From Guillardia theta CCMP2712 (lineage: Eukaryota > Protista > Cryptophyta), in contig NW_005434661.1 in assembly GCF_000315625.1 (NCBI RefSeq), positions 700,020 to 764,019 on the forward strand: DNA of 64,000 nt. Direction: 5' to 3'. Of the stretch, positions 13,275-25,889 are shown piece after piece (the stretch's first letter is position 1; the number at the start of each line of letters is the position of its first letter). The position numbers and the translations under genes were made by a program. The notes beneath the pieces were generated by a model that was not told the DNA's origin, made no database searches, and was given only the letters and a program-made list of their open reading frames with translations.

Positions 13275-14125
13275 TCAGTCGTCTTCTGTGAGGTCAACTA
13301 CTTCTTCAGCTGAGGCTGTATGCTTCCATGATGGGTCAGGAGGGAGAGACAGTTGCAACTTCCTTCACCTTTCGCTTCGCTGGCGTCATGGAGTCTTCTG
13401 GTTCTATCAGATATCAACGAAGGAATGACTTTCAAGTGTCAAACTCACTCTCTCCACTGCGCGCTGCTGCTTCCCCCTTCAGCCGGGCTTCTGCCGCTCT
13501 GACCATGGGAATCTTGTCAGCTGGCCAGCCAGCAGAGATCGGAAGAGTGGAGCACCTCAGAGCCAGACGTCTCCTCTCCTCCACGTCAGGCTCTGCTGGT
13601 GCAGCCGACTGACCCTTGTCGCTGCCCACGACCTCCTGCCTGCTGCCTGCCGGGCCCTCCCACCTCATCCTTATCCCTACCCGAGACCGTGATCAGCTGC
13701 AGCAAGTCGAGCAGCTGCTTCCTCGTACCGAAGTGATCGCTGGGATGGAGGTCTAGCTCCGCGTCCTTCTCAATCCCCACCAACGACGTGCGCACGAGCT
13801 GGAGACCCTCCATGCTGCATTCAGGTTCGTCAGAGGATCGCTTCTGCAGCCCAGCATCTCCCCACCTCTTGCGGAAGAAGCAGCGATCGAACCGGCAGCG
13901 GGGCCCTCCTGCTCACCATGATTCCTCCTCCTGCGCCTCGCGTTCCTCCCTCACCGGATGTTTGCAAGCCCAACATGCGGCGCACGTTGACGTTTCTGAT
14001 GGCATCCCACGTGGGGACGGGATCATGTCCGAAGGCATCTATGAGCGTCCGAGTGATCCGAGGCCTGAGGAAAGTCAGCGTCGAATCCCGTATACAATGG
14101 GAGGAGGAGGAGGAGGAGGAGGAGG

Positions 14126-14156
<31 letters not shown>

Positions 14157-15410
14157 AATCAGCAGCAGCAGTGGGATTAGCGGCAGTGGAAGCAGTACAA
14201 GTATTTCTCGTCCGCCTTTGACAGGTTGAGGTCTCCCACGAGGAGGCTAAGGCCTGAGCAACGAGCGAAACGTCATTCAGGAACAGTGCAACGCTACATC
14301 GCACATGGCTCGCTCCCCTTCACCTGCTCCAGGTGATTTACAGCATGCTGCAGCTGCACTTCTCTGACCTGCCAGTTTGGCGACTGGGGGCAATCAGATC
14401 TTGGGAAAGGATGGGAAGAGAAAGAGAGGATGAAGGGATGGAAAAGTGCGAAGGAAGAGAGGAAGGGAAGGAAGGGGGGGGGTGATCCGTCAGGAGAGAA
14501 GAGGGGGGGGGGAAAGGAGGGAGCAGCTTGTCCACCTGGCTCTCTAGATGAGTAGTCGCTACTCGCACCATTCCGAGGAAGGGCACATGGATGTCCGCCT
14601 GGAGATAGTCTCTTCCCTGATTCTCAGCTCGTCAACTTCGCATGCACCCTGTTCGTCGCTCAACCTGCATGCTGCTGGGATAATCTTGCCTGAACGAGCT
14701 CAGTCGCCTCGTCCTCCCCTCTGCTTGCCGGAGGTACATCTTGGTGAAGTAACTCCCAGGAATCTCTCGCCCGGCCGGGATTCGAGCCTCCTCAACATCA
14801 ACATATCCGTTCCTGACAAGCCTGGCATGCAGCACTTCGATGGTGCTCGGAGTGACTTCCTGCCCTAAAGTGAGGAGGAGGAGGAAATGATCATGGTGCC
14901 TTTCCCACCTGAAAGCAGAGGACGTCAGGAAGAGCTCTCCCATCTTTGGTGTTGTCGAAGATTTCCTCCATTGCCAAACCAGCACGCTGGGATACAAGTA
15001 TTGGTAAGGAGCAAAAGGTAATGAGAGCACGGGTAAGAGCTGCTCACCTCCCGAGGCCGCATTCCTTCGCCGAGACCATCCAAGTTCCAACTGAGAACAT
15101 CGACATATGGAGCATTAGGGTCGATGAGCCCAGACACGTCGCACTTGTTCGTCTCAGGTTTCTGCGTTGTGGTAGACGACTTCTTCTGCTTCGTTCTACT
15201 CGCCATTGCCAGAGAACTACGTGCTTGAGTTGCCAACGGCTGTAGGGTTCGCAGAGCAGCTGTAAGGATGGTGAATGAGCTGATCAAGAGGAGGAGGAGG
15301 AGGAAGGAGAGGCTCTTGTTGTATCGTGTGATGTTTATCTGCAGAAAATTCAGATCCTGCCAACGAGAGTGGACACAGAGCTTTGGGACAGGAAAGCTAT
15401 GATCATGCAT
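13275..15410 (-). CDS. TDP2: Endonuclease/exonuclease/phosphatase-fold protein, tyrosyl-DNA phosphodiesterase 2-like; 5' end uncertain
   Basis: EEP motifs in order: VLSWNLDGL, QEVTP, YFTKMYL, VATTHLES, TWD, RFDRCFF, LVG...PSDHFG. The C-terminal exons end AKRKASAEEVVDLTEDD* (stop at 13275). Confidence 0.75.
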
Positions 15411-16143
15411 GTCGGTCTACATGATAAGAAGCGCACACACAGTCTCGTTGATTGCTTCCTACTCCTCCTCTTCCCGTTCAACCCTCCTCTTCTCAGCATC
15501 GGCTGCCGCGTGTAGGATGCCAACACGCCGCCACAGCAAAGTTCATGGATAAATTCCAAACCTTCAAATGAAATATTTAGCAATGTTTCGATTATTCCCT
15601 GTAAATTTCAACTTTTCACGTACACTTTCCGAATGGCCGCCTGTTTCAGCGGCCCGGCCCGGGCCCCGGCCCGGCCCCGATACTAGCCACGATGAAAGGC
15701 AACCCGGGCCGTTACGGCGGCTTTTACTACGGTAACGGATCTTAATTTCCGTTTCAGTCGCTAATGTAAAACCACAGTTTTAAGTGTCAAAAGTGGTCGA
15801 ACGGTTACTTGCTCACATACCGAAAATAATTTTTGATTTTTTTGCATAAAAATTGATATATCCATATCAAATATTGAAATACCTCTTTCGTTTTCGGCTC
15901 GAATCAAGTCCGAGAACATTTTTCCATCGTGTCCACCCCACCTGTCTTTTCCCAGACGTTTCCTGATGAACTAACGGGTAGTTCATGGAATCTTAGAACC
16001 CCCTACCCCATTATCAAGACTCTGCTCGGATGCGAAGATCCCGTCAAGCTCCGGAATCCGAACGGGGGCAACCTTAAAAGAAAGGGTTCAGGATAAGAGA
16101 TTCTTTAAGTCAGACCCTATGTAAAAATAGGTAAGGTGTATAC

Positions 16144-17890
16144 ATGGAGCGGCAGATGAGGTGCACGTTAGATATCAAAGGCAGGGGGGGGTAGTCGAAG
16201 CTCATAGGGCGGAACCAGAGGAGGGTCATCGATCCTGGGCCAGTTTACCGCGGTAGAGAGGGGAAGATGGCAAGCTGAGGAGATGAGAGGAGAGAGGAGG
16301 AGAGAGGAGGAGAGCAGAGGAGGAGAGAGGAGGAGAGAGAGGACGAGCCAAGGTAGAGGAGAGGAGAGAAACGAGAGTGCTTTTAGGCGATTCACGGATT
16401 TCAGGATGTTGGAGGAAACTTCTTCGTGGACTGACGACGAGTTGACGCCCGATATCGTGACGCTGTCTGGTGTGCAGTGAATGTCCACAAGCTTGGAACG
16501 TCAAGGAATCCTCAAGGTAAGGTAATGGCTGTTGATGGTTCGGGTACTTACTGGAGCCTGGGTGCAGAACCTGGCCAAAGTTCGAGCTGAAGCTGAAACG
16601 TTGTCCTTGGGCCTTAACAGGTGAAGGGACACGACTTGTGTTGATATCACGTGTTGACCGATTCGAGCAGATCTAGAATGATTACAGATCCTCTTGCTTC
16701 AGTCCCACGCTCGGTCACTCCCACCCTCGTTCCAGACTACGCCAGGTGCGTCTACGCCTCATCCTCGGCGTCGAGTGGAGGAGGGGGACTTGACTGAGCC
16801 AGCAGGAGCGTCGCGGTGTTCCCTGAAGGCCTCGGCTACCCCTACGTCTCCTACGAGGTCTCCCGTGACCTCGAGGTCCAGCACCTGCGAGCTCGCTGTG
16901 AGAGTCTAGAGCGCGAGCTACAAAACGCCAAGAAGGTTGGAGGAGGAGAAGGACAGGGGACGATCGTTGGGGTCTGACGTCCATGGCAGGAGGCGTATGA
17001 AGCAAAGGTGATGGAGGAAGACAGCAAGAGGAGGGAGATGGATGCCCTGCGCATCATCCGGCCGACCCAGGAGCAGGTGAGGCTGGTGCACGCAACTTGC
17101 TCCCAGCCTAACAGGGTGGTGCAGTCTGCAGTCCTGCAGGGACTTGCGGACGATCTTGCAATGGAGAACGAGAGGTGATGATGACTTGACTATCTCTCCA
17201 CCATCTGAAGGCACGTGAAGGCTGCGAGGAGCCGTCAACGACCACGTGACTGTCGAGCTGCAACACGAGGGCATCGAGATGCGCCTGACTCAGGACATTC
17301 AAAATCTGGAACAGCAGGTAGGAGGAGGAGGAGAGGAGTAGGAGGTGCTGAGGAGGATGGAGATGAAGAGGATGGAGGGCATGGGTGTGGAGTTGACTGC
17401 ATTCCAGATCATGGAGTTGAGGAGAATCAACGGCGATCTCCAGTTCAAGTGAGTAGGTTGCGAGGCTAGGTATGTGAGTTGACTGATGATTACAGGAATG
17501 ATGCCCTCGAGCAGAAGGTGCGGGAGAAGGACAACCTTCTCGTTTCGGTGAGATTGGCCTCTTCCTCCTGCTCCTCCCTCCATCACCTCCCCTTTTGCTC
17601 ACTGAAGGTTGATGTTAGACCGTGTCGGAGTTGGAGAGGAAGTGCGATCTGCACGCCCGAGCTCTCCAGGAGTCGCAGGACCGCGAGAAGCACGCGCAAG
17701 AGGTTCTAGGAAGAGAAGAAGGATGTTTCATGATCCTGAGGTTCCAACAGGAAGTCCGTGTGCTCCAAGAACGCCTGAGAAGGTCTCCAACTTTCTTATC
17801 TGCTCCTCCTGCTCCTCCTCCTTGCTTCGCGTCCATCCGCTTGGATCTCGTCCTTGCCACGTCTTACTGTACCGTTAGGTACGAGTGGAG
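16144..17890 (+). CDS. Hypothetical coiled-coil protein, multi-exon; end approximate
   Basis: Series of short E/R/Q/L-rich exons (e.g. SELERKCDLHARALQESQDREKHAQE) bounded by GT-AG introns. Confidence 0.45.
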
Positions 17891-18637
17891 TGTCGCTCAA
17901 AACGCAAGTTGGCCGTACGCGGCAACCACAGGTACATCCCTGTTGACAGGAGGTAGAGGTTCTGACAGCACGCAGCTGCCCTGCCGGTCGCCCCCTTGTC
18001 TCCCAGAGCAGCGGGTAATCTTCCTCCTTTCTCCGGTCCTTTGTCGGCTGATGAACTTGCTCTCCTCTCCTCGTCGACTGCCTTGTGTTTCGTCGGTCAG
18101 TTGTCACGACATCTCCTCGCCCCTCGCAAGTTGACTCTGTAGCCTCCCGGTGAGTTCTCGTCATGATCTACCTCCGCTCCCCAACTCTCTGTCCTCCTCC
18201 TCCTCCTCCTCCTCCTGTTTTTTTTCGTCGGTGAACGTTATTGCTAGCTTGGCTCAAGCTGAAATCTCCGTTGCTGCTCGCAACGCAGGTGTTGCTCTTG
18301 CCCTCCTGCATTGCTTTACTGACCATCATCGCAGAGCTCGCGGTCTTGCGCTCCAGGAGCATCTCTCCTCCTCCAAGAGCCAGCCTGGTGGATGCTCCTA
18401 TCATTGCATTTTCTCCTCCACCCTTCCCGTCTCCTGCTCCCTTCACTCCTGCTCCTGCTGCTGCTCCTCCTCCTCTTTATCCTCCTCGCCTTGACTGTTC
18501 TTACAGTCTCCCCGGGTTCGCGTGTCTCCCCCAGCTGGCAGCCTCTCCACAGTTGTCATCTAGTTGGCAACTCCACAAGCTCGTCGCAAGAGCCAAAATT
18601 TTGACAGGCCAACAACCGTCGCATCATATAAACATAA

Positions 18638-21600
18638 TCATAACTCATCAAACCGATTCTTGCCTTGCTCCTCCTTCGACTACTCCCGACTATCCTCCTT
18701 CCTCTCCCTCTCCTCCTTCCTCTCCCTCCCTCCCTTCCTTCTCCTCCTCTCCTCCCTCACGTGTCTTGTCCATATCCGAGTCTCCTCGCAGCAGTCATTC
18801 GACTTCATGTCTCCCAGCTCCTCGTTCTTCCCCACCTACCTCACCGTATTCGTGCCTCCTCCTCTTCCATCCAGCCTTCCATCACCCTTGCCGCCTCAAC
18901 CTGCCCCCTCGTCCTGGCCAGCGCCATCGCATCCATCCCGTACACCTTGCGGTGAGGATCTGCTCCTCCTCGCAGCAGCTTCACCATGCATGCAGCCTTT
19001 CCTTCCTCCGCCGCGTGCATGAGCGCAGTCTTGCCGTCCGCGTTGAGAGCGTTGACCGTGACCCCCATGAGCAACTGCCACGAGAATCAGAGGGAGGGAG
19101 GGGAGGGAGGGAGGGGAGGGAGGGAGGGGAAGGGAGGGGAGGGGAAAGGAGGGGAGGAGGAGGGAGGGAGGGGAGGAGGAGGGAGGAGGAGGAGGAGGGG
19201 AGGGAGGTGGAGGGGGAGGGAGGGAGGGAGGGAGGGTAGGGAGGGGAAGGTAGGGGAAGGGAGGGAGGGAGGGAGGGAGGGAGTGGTTATCAGCTGAGAT
19301 GCATGAGGAGGTAGGGATACCAATTTCTCGAGGACAGACAGTCTGCCGTATCTCGCTGCGTACATGAGAGGAGTGTTGAGGAGACGATCTCGCGCTTCCA
19401 TCTTCGCTCCTGCGTCTAGGAGGACAAGTGCCTGCACGAGAAGTGACGAGAGGGGGAGCAGGAGGGGAGGAGGTAGAGGGTAGAGGAGGAGGAAGACGAG
19501 GAGGTAGAGGGTAGAGGAGGAGGAAGACGAGGAGGTAGAGGGTAGAGGAGGAGGAAGACGAGGAGGTAGAGGGTAGAGGAGGAGGAAGACGAGGAGGTGG
19601 AGAAGGAAAGAAGAAACAGTGGGAAGGGGAGGAATGAAGGCATGATATAGTGAAGCATGATGATTCTTGGGAGGAAGACGGACAAGAAGGAAGGACGGGA
19701 CAGGCGGAAGTAGAGAGGAAGAGGGAGGGGGAGCAACGGAGGTATGTACAGCTTCCGAGCTTCCATTTTTGATGGCCCAATGCAGTGGCGTAGCCTGCTT
19801 GCCGTTAACGTCCTTGCCCCTCATCGTCTCTTGCCCTGTCCTCCTCGTCCTCTCCCCTTTCATTGCCACGACACTCGCACTGTCTTCGCTCTTCCCCTCT
19901 CACTCCCACCCACCTTCCTCGGCCCTCTTCCTGCCTTTGTTCCTTCCTCTCTCTTATCCTCTCCCTCCCTCTCCCCTCGCCTCTCCCTCCCTTCTCCTCT
20001 CCTCTCCCTCCCTCTCTCCTCTCCTCTCCCTCTCCTCTCCTCCCTTCTCCTCTCCTCTCTGCTTTCTCTTGCTCAACAACCTGCGACAGCTTCTCCATCT
20101 GGTTCGGATCGGCACAGAGTTTCAACAGCTCTTGGATCGCACTGACTTGGTTCCTCGTAGCTGCGCAATGCAGCGGCGTGTAGCCGTCACTGCGGGAGGG
20201 CGAGGGCGATAGGTGAGAAGAAACAGAGGGAGGAGGAGGAGGAGGAGGAGGAGGAGGAGGAGGAGGAGACAGTCAGTTGATGGACGCAGGGATATCACCT
20301 CCTACCTTGAACGAGCCTTTGGGTCCGCACTCATGGAGATGAGTGTAGAGATTGTGTGCGTGTTTCCCTGCCCTGCCCGTCACTCACCTGCATCTCCTGA
20401 TCGCTGCCTCCTCCCTCCTCACCACACCTCCTCCCCTTCCACTCCCCCACTCTCCTCTCCTCTTCCACTTCACCCTCCCTCCTATCTCTCCCTTGCTCCC
20501 TCAGTCCTCCGCCTTTGTCCTCTGCTCCTTCTTTGCCTCCTCTTCTATCTCTTCTCCTCCTCACCATTGCCTGCCTCATACCGATCGACCTCGCTACTTC
20601 TCCAACTATCGCTATTCTTCTCTAACCCCCTTCCCTGTTCCCGTCGTCCCACCTCAGTCGCCGCGAAGTGCAGGGCAGTCGCCCCTGAGCTCGTCGGCGC
20701 ATCTACTGGGATCTTGACTCTGTTGACTGATGTCCAGTGAGATGGTGGAGGAAGAGGTGAAGCAGAAAGGAGAAGCAGAAGGCAGGAGAAGCAGAAGACA
20801 GGAGAAGAGGGGAGGAGGAGGAGGAGGAGGAGGAGGAGGAGGAGGAGGAGGAGGAGGAGGAGGAGGAGTTTGGCAGCAAAGTGAAGGTCGTTGAAGACAT
20901 AGTCAGTACATCCAGTCTTGTTGGGCCCTGCCGATCCCCCAGAGACCTGGAGCACTGAAATGATGTTAGGGAAAGGGTAGAGAAGGACCAGGAGTAGGAG
21001 CGGTGGAGGACGAAGAGGAGGAGGAGTAGGAGCGGAGAAGGAGATAGAGAAGTAGGAGGAGGGGGAGGGGGAGAAGAAAGAAGAGCAGAGGAGGAGAAAG
21101 AGGAGGAACAGCGGGTGGAGGAAAAGGAGGAGATAGAGAAGGAGGTAGAGAAGGAGGAGGAGGAGGAGGAGAGGTTACCCTCGTTGATATCCTTCTGCCC
21201 ACTGATCTGCAGGCTTGCATTCTTCATCGCGCTCATGAACTCTGACCTCTCGATCTGCCAGCCTCTCACTCACCCCCCCCTTCCCCTCACCTCACAGCCG
21301 ACCCCTCACCGTGCCGCTCTCGTCCTCATCCATCTCCTTGGTCATCTTGTCGATCTCGCTGGTGGGGACGGGTCAGGAGGCGTCAAGGAGCAGGAGATGA
21401 AGTCGCGGCGTCGTGGTGTGCAGCATCAAAGCAGGGAGCTGCTACTTCCGAGGATGAGCGGGGATCGACGTCATACCTGGTGGAGAAACCAGCCTTAGTC
21501 AGTCCGTCATGAAGCTCCTCCTGCCCGCATGGACGACGTCAGGGGCAGCAGAACTGATATAACCGACGAAACAACGACGAGTCAGTCGTCTGAATCCTCA

Positions 21601-22645
21601 CCCTTGAAATGATCCCGTCCCCCGACGTGTCGATTGCATTGAACAAGGACTCTGCCTCTATCCTCCACAGCTCGTTCTTCCACTTCCTGCAACGCTGGCT
21701 CACAACCCCTGAAGCATCCTCCTCCTCCTCCTCCTCCTCCTCCTCCTCCTCCTCCTCCTCCTCCTCCTCACGTCTTCCGAAACTCCACTCTGCCGACATG
21801 CCCGAACCAGACGCGCGAGATGCTGACGGCAGACTCTGTGGATATTCGAGAAGTGAAGGCCATCTTTGACTTCTTGTACGCCTCAAACCCGCTGTCGGTG
21901 AAGCATTTCATTGCCTCCTGAACGACTGGCGTCAGGTGAACAACGTCCTCATGCAGGAAACCAAGCGCGATGGAGGCACTGCCAGTGGGTGGACAGAGGA
22001 GTTGAGAGGAGGGGAAGGAGCAGGAGGGTGAACCGAGAAGATAAGGGGAGGGGAATAAAGGGGAGCACAGCAGATGAGATCAGATCAGATCAGGAGAAAG
22101 GACTGGAAACTTACGTCGAAGAAGACTCGACCTTGGTAGAACTTCTTGGCGTCGATCGCCTTCACAGACTTTGCAAACAGTGCATCACCCTTGCTCTTGA
22201 GGACAAACTGCTTCTCTGCCCTGTAGACGATTCTCCTGGCACTATCTATCTCTCCTCTCACCTCCCTCCTCATGCGCATTAGCCGAAGCTCATCCTTCTT
22301 TTCCTCCGTGAATGTCACAGCATACCTCTCCGCGTCTGTCTCTGCCGCGATCTCATGCTGCTCTAGCCTCTTGAGAGTCTCTTTCTCCTCGTCGTCGAAC
22401 GCCTTCCCCATCCCGTCCGTCTCGAGGCTCGTCATCGCCTGCTTGAACAGTTCTCTCTGCTGCTGGAATGCGTCGTCAGGAGGGACATCCTCTGCGAGCA
22501 AGAGCTGGATGACTCTGACAGCGTCGGCGATCTGATCTCTCAGCTGCCTCACCACAGTGATCCTCTGGTTCTCCTCTCTCTCCTTCCTCCTCCTCTCCTT
22601 CTCCTTCTCCTTGGCTGCCCGGCTCTTGCCAAATATGCTCAGCAT
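18638..22645 (-). CDS. Coiled-coil + EF-hand pair + ankyrin-repeat protein, reconstructed as one spliced gene
   Basis: EF-hands FNAIDTSGDGIISR|EELHDGL and EIDKMTKEMDEDESGT|IERSEF. Ankyrin motifs TSSGATALHFAA, NGKQATPLHWA, NTPLMYAARYG and DGKTALMHAAEEGK. Probable stop after KNRFDEL at 18638. Confidence 0.75.
19470..19600. repeat. 31-bp intronic tandem repeat, about 4 copies
   Basis: Unit gaggtagagggtagaggaggaggaagacgag with period 31. Confidence 0.85.
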
Positions 22646-22837
22646 GCCCCGACAACTGACATTGCGTGAAGAAGGGGTAGGGGTGATAACGACCCTGTGG
22701 TGGTATACGCCAAATCACTTTCAAAGGGGTCCAATCGATAGGAAATGTCGTTAGGATTCAATGGGTACAACTACATATTATGGTAATGATAGGGGTGGGG
22801 GTACAAAAAGATGGGGTGGGGTGGACTTTTACTGCTT

Positions 22838-25037
22838 TCAGACATACTCTCCCCGACTGGCCCCAACATCCTCGAAATCGTCAGAGTCCTCCGAACCCTC
22901 TCGTGCCTTGATCTTAGAGCTACCTGCTCGACAAGATGCGTGAGAGGAGGAGGAGGAGGAGGAGGAGGAAGTCGAGGGAGAGGGGGAAGACGAGGGAGAG
23001 GAGGAGCGGGGAAGACGAGGGAGAGGAGGAGCAGAGAGGAGGAGGAGAGGAGGAGGAGGAGGACGAAAGAGAGGAGGAGGAGGAGGAGGAGGAGGAGGAG
23101 GACGACGACGATGAAAGAGAGGAGAAGGAGGAGCAGGAGGAGGAGCAGGAAAGAGAGGAGCAGGAGCAGGAGCAGGAGGGTGATAAGGGAAAGGGACGAG
23201 CACAGGACCGAACAGGAAAGGAAGAGATGGACAGAAAAAGAACAAGGAGGGGAGAAGAAGAAGAGGATGAAAAGAGAACTGGAGTGCAGGCGGAATGTGA
23301 AAAGGAGAGCTCCAAGACATGGGAGAATATAGGAAGGTTGCTGGTGAAGAACAAAACGGAGAACCATGATCGCAACGGAGCACGAGAAGGAGAGGACAAG
23401 AAAGAGGCAAGGGAACATGGAGGAGCGGAGCTGGCGTGATGGCTGACCAGCATGCTGACGTACAATCTCTTCTGAGTCTGCCACGTCATCCTGTAGAACA
23501 TCGTTGTCGTCAGCACCCCAGGCCGGAGCAGGTACCGACGGACTGCGAACCTCCTTACGATCTTTCTTCGACGCCTCCCCCGATGAATCCCAGGGCATGC
23601 TGATCCCCAGGAAATCTTTTCACCTCCAGTCAAGAGCAGGAATGAGGGAGGGAGGGAGGGAGGAGACTTGCCTGAACTGATCCGAGGGAATCGCAGGTTG
23701 TCGGTTACCACCTGCCAGGGTGCCATCCAGTTGAACTTGAACCCTGGCGACGAAGGCTCGCTGGAAGCTCGATTCGACTTCACTGCACGCGAGTCACGAA
23801 AGCATGCCGTGAACGCATCAAGGCCAACCGTCTTCCCACTCGTCCTGCGCCTTGGACGCCACAGGGAAGGTGGGAGGACTCTTGCTCCTCGCTTCAAACT
23901 TTGGGCTCGAAACCTCGTCGAACATGTGGAACTCGTGACTTAGGATGTCCCCGAGCTCGCCGTCCCTGTGCAAGAAGTGGGGGGGAGGGGGGGGATCATC
24001 AACGTCCTCATCGCCTCTGCCGCCGCTTCGCTACCTGCAAGGCCTCATCTCCTCCGGGTGAAACGTCGACTCCAAGATGCAGTCCGAGACCAGGAGCGCA
24101 AGGGCGACCTTTGGCAGCCTCCCGCAGCCGAGATTCAGCGCTGTCTTGAGGCTGTCTGGATGCCTTAGGATGGAAGCTGCGAAGACCTTGCAGAGGTTCG
24201 CAGCGCTCATCTTGTTCTCTACCTTGTGCTTCACCACCTCCCGCAGGAAGCGCAGTACGGTGCGGAGGATCTCGATCCTCGTCTCGGAGAGTGAGCAGAT
24301 CAGCCTCCGGAAGGTTGACAGCATCTGCGTGATGCTCGCGGAGTTGGAGATGGCCTCGATCAGGTCGTCGAAGATCTTGGGGGTGATGAGGGGAGGCTCC
24401 AGGTCAATCAGAGTTCGCTTCATCGCCCCTGCTACCGTATGCACGTCCTCATTGTCCAGCTCCACGCGATTCTTGGAGGAGGAGATCTCCTTCTGCATCT
24501 TTTCCACGAGCACTTGGATCTTTGCTACGGACCCTGGGACAAACATTTTCACAGGAAAATTGAAGGGCAGCGAAGCCCCTTACCGCTGATTCTGAATATT
24601 CCCTCTGTTTCTATCCTCTTCTTGTCCTTGACGATCCATCCAGTGCACTTGTGGATAATCCTGTTCCATGGCACAATGATGTCAGCCGAAAATCCGATCA
24701 CAACCCCTCGATTTGCTCCAAGTTTGCACATGAAACCAAAAGGCTAGTCAACAAAAGTATCCTCGTGAGACTTTTCGTCCTGCATCTTCTTGTCCTCTTT
24801 TGCTACCACGTTCGCACGATCCTCCCCTTGCGAGCAGCATGCTGCATATCTGATCCTACAAAGCTTCTATTCTGCTACAAACCCCATCTAAGCTTGACAA
24901 GGCTTCGACATCTATCTTGATACTTCATGCAACCGATCACAGCTGTCATCAACTGAGATTGTCTTCGACTTCCTAGAGCTCCTGCTGTTTCCCGTTGTCC
25001 TCCTCCTCCTCCTCCTCCTTGACTTACTGCAAGACAT
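22838..25037 (-). CDS. RhoGAP domain protein; start uncertain
   Basis: Arginine-finger motif IETEGIFRISG, plus DVHTVAGAMKRTLIDLEPPLI and ENKMSAANLCKVFAASILRHP. Confidence 0.85.
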
Positions 25038-25415
25038 GCTCGTCGCTTCTCCCAGCAGCCATAGCAGTGTAGCACCCGTTGAACCACCCCCTACCCATTA
25101 AATCAGACTAACAAAAATGTCACTTCACACCCCCCATTTTCTCATCAGAAGTACCCGTGTGACACCCACCCACCCACGCGAATTGTCGATTTTGTACTGT
25201 TGACCCACCCCACCCCTGGTGTGGTTTGTGCTTAGGCTAAGGGGTAGGGTACCCAATTCGAAGTAAAACGGGCCAAGGGGGTAGGTCCCTCCCATGCTGT
25301 AGTGGAGGGGTGGTGGATGGAGGAGTTGGTCAAGTAGTCTGGCAAGAATTTTGAAAACCAAAAAAATGAAAGCAGCGGTGGATTGGAGAGATAGAGGGGA
25401 GAGGAAGGGGCCCGG

Positions 25416-25713
25416 AGGACAGGAGGACAAGAGGGACAGGAGGACAAGAGGGACAGGAGGACAGGAGGGACAGGAGGACAAGAGGACAAGAGGACAAGAG
25501 GACAGGAGGACAAGAGGACAGGAGGACAAGAGGACAGGAGGACAGGAGGACAGGAGGACAGGAGGACAGGAGGACAGGACAGAGGACAGGACAAGAGGAC
25601 AGGAGGAGATGAGGACAGGAGGACAGGTGGACAGGTGGACAAGAGGACAGGAGGAGCGGAGGACAGGAGGAGCGGAGGACAGGACAGGACAAGAGGACAG
25701 GAGGACAGGAGGA
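25416..25713. repeat. Degenerate AGGAC(A/G)-based minisatellite with units of about 8 bp
   Basis: Iterated aggacagg/aggacaag units in a divergent intergenic region. Confidence 0.9.
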
Positions 25714-25889
25714 GGTGTTTCGAGTCTAGGAAAGAGGGCCAGGAGAGGAAGATGATCTGATAATCGGTGAGCAGGGTGCTTCGATGAAACGCAGCCCAAT
25801 CAACCATGATGCCGCAGGGGTAAGGTTTCCACATGCTCCTGCCTGACTGATCGGTTCATGGCCAGGGATCAGAGGAATCTTGGATCAAG

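Noticed and set aside
18638-18655. C-terminal RFDEL as an ER-retention signal
   Set aside because: The reconstructed protein has no signal peptide, so the motif is probably coincidental.
18241-21269. Numerous Pro/Ser/Leu- or Gly/Arg/Glu-rich ORFs here and at 22771-23897, 30194-31169 and 59946-63377
   Set aside because: They are read-through of (CCT)n, (CTCCT)n and (GA)n intronic microsatellites.
25125-25834. ORFs with SSCPPVLL or TRGQEDR repeats
   Set aside because: They are translations of the AGGAC minisatellite in all frames.
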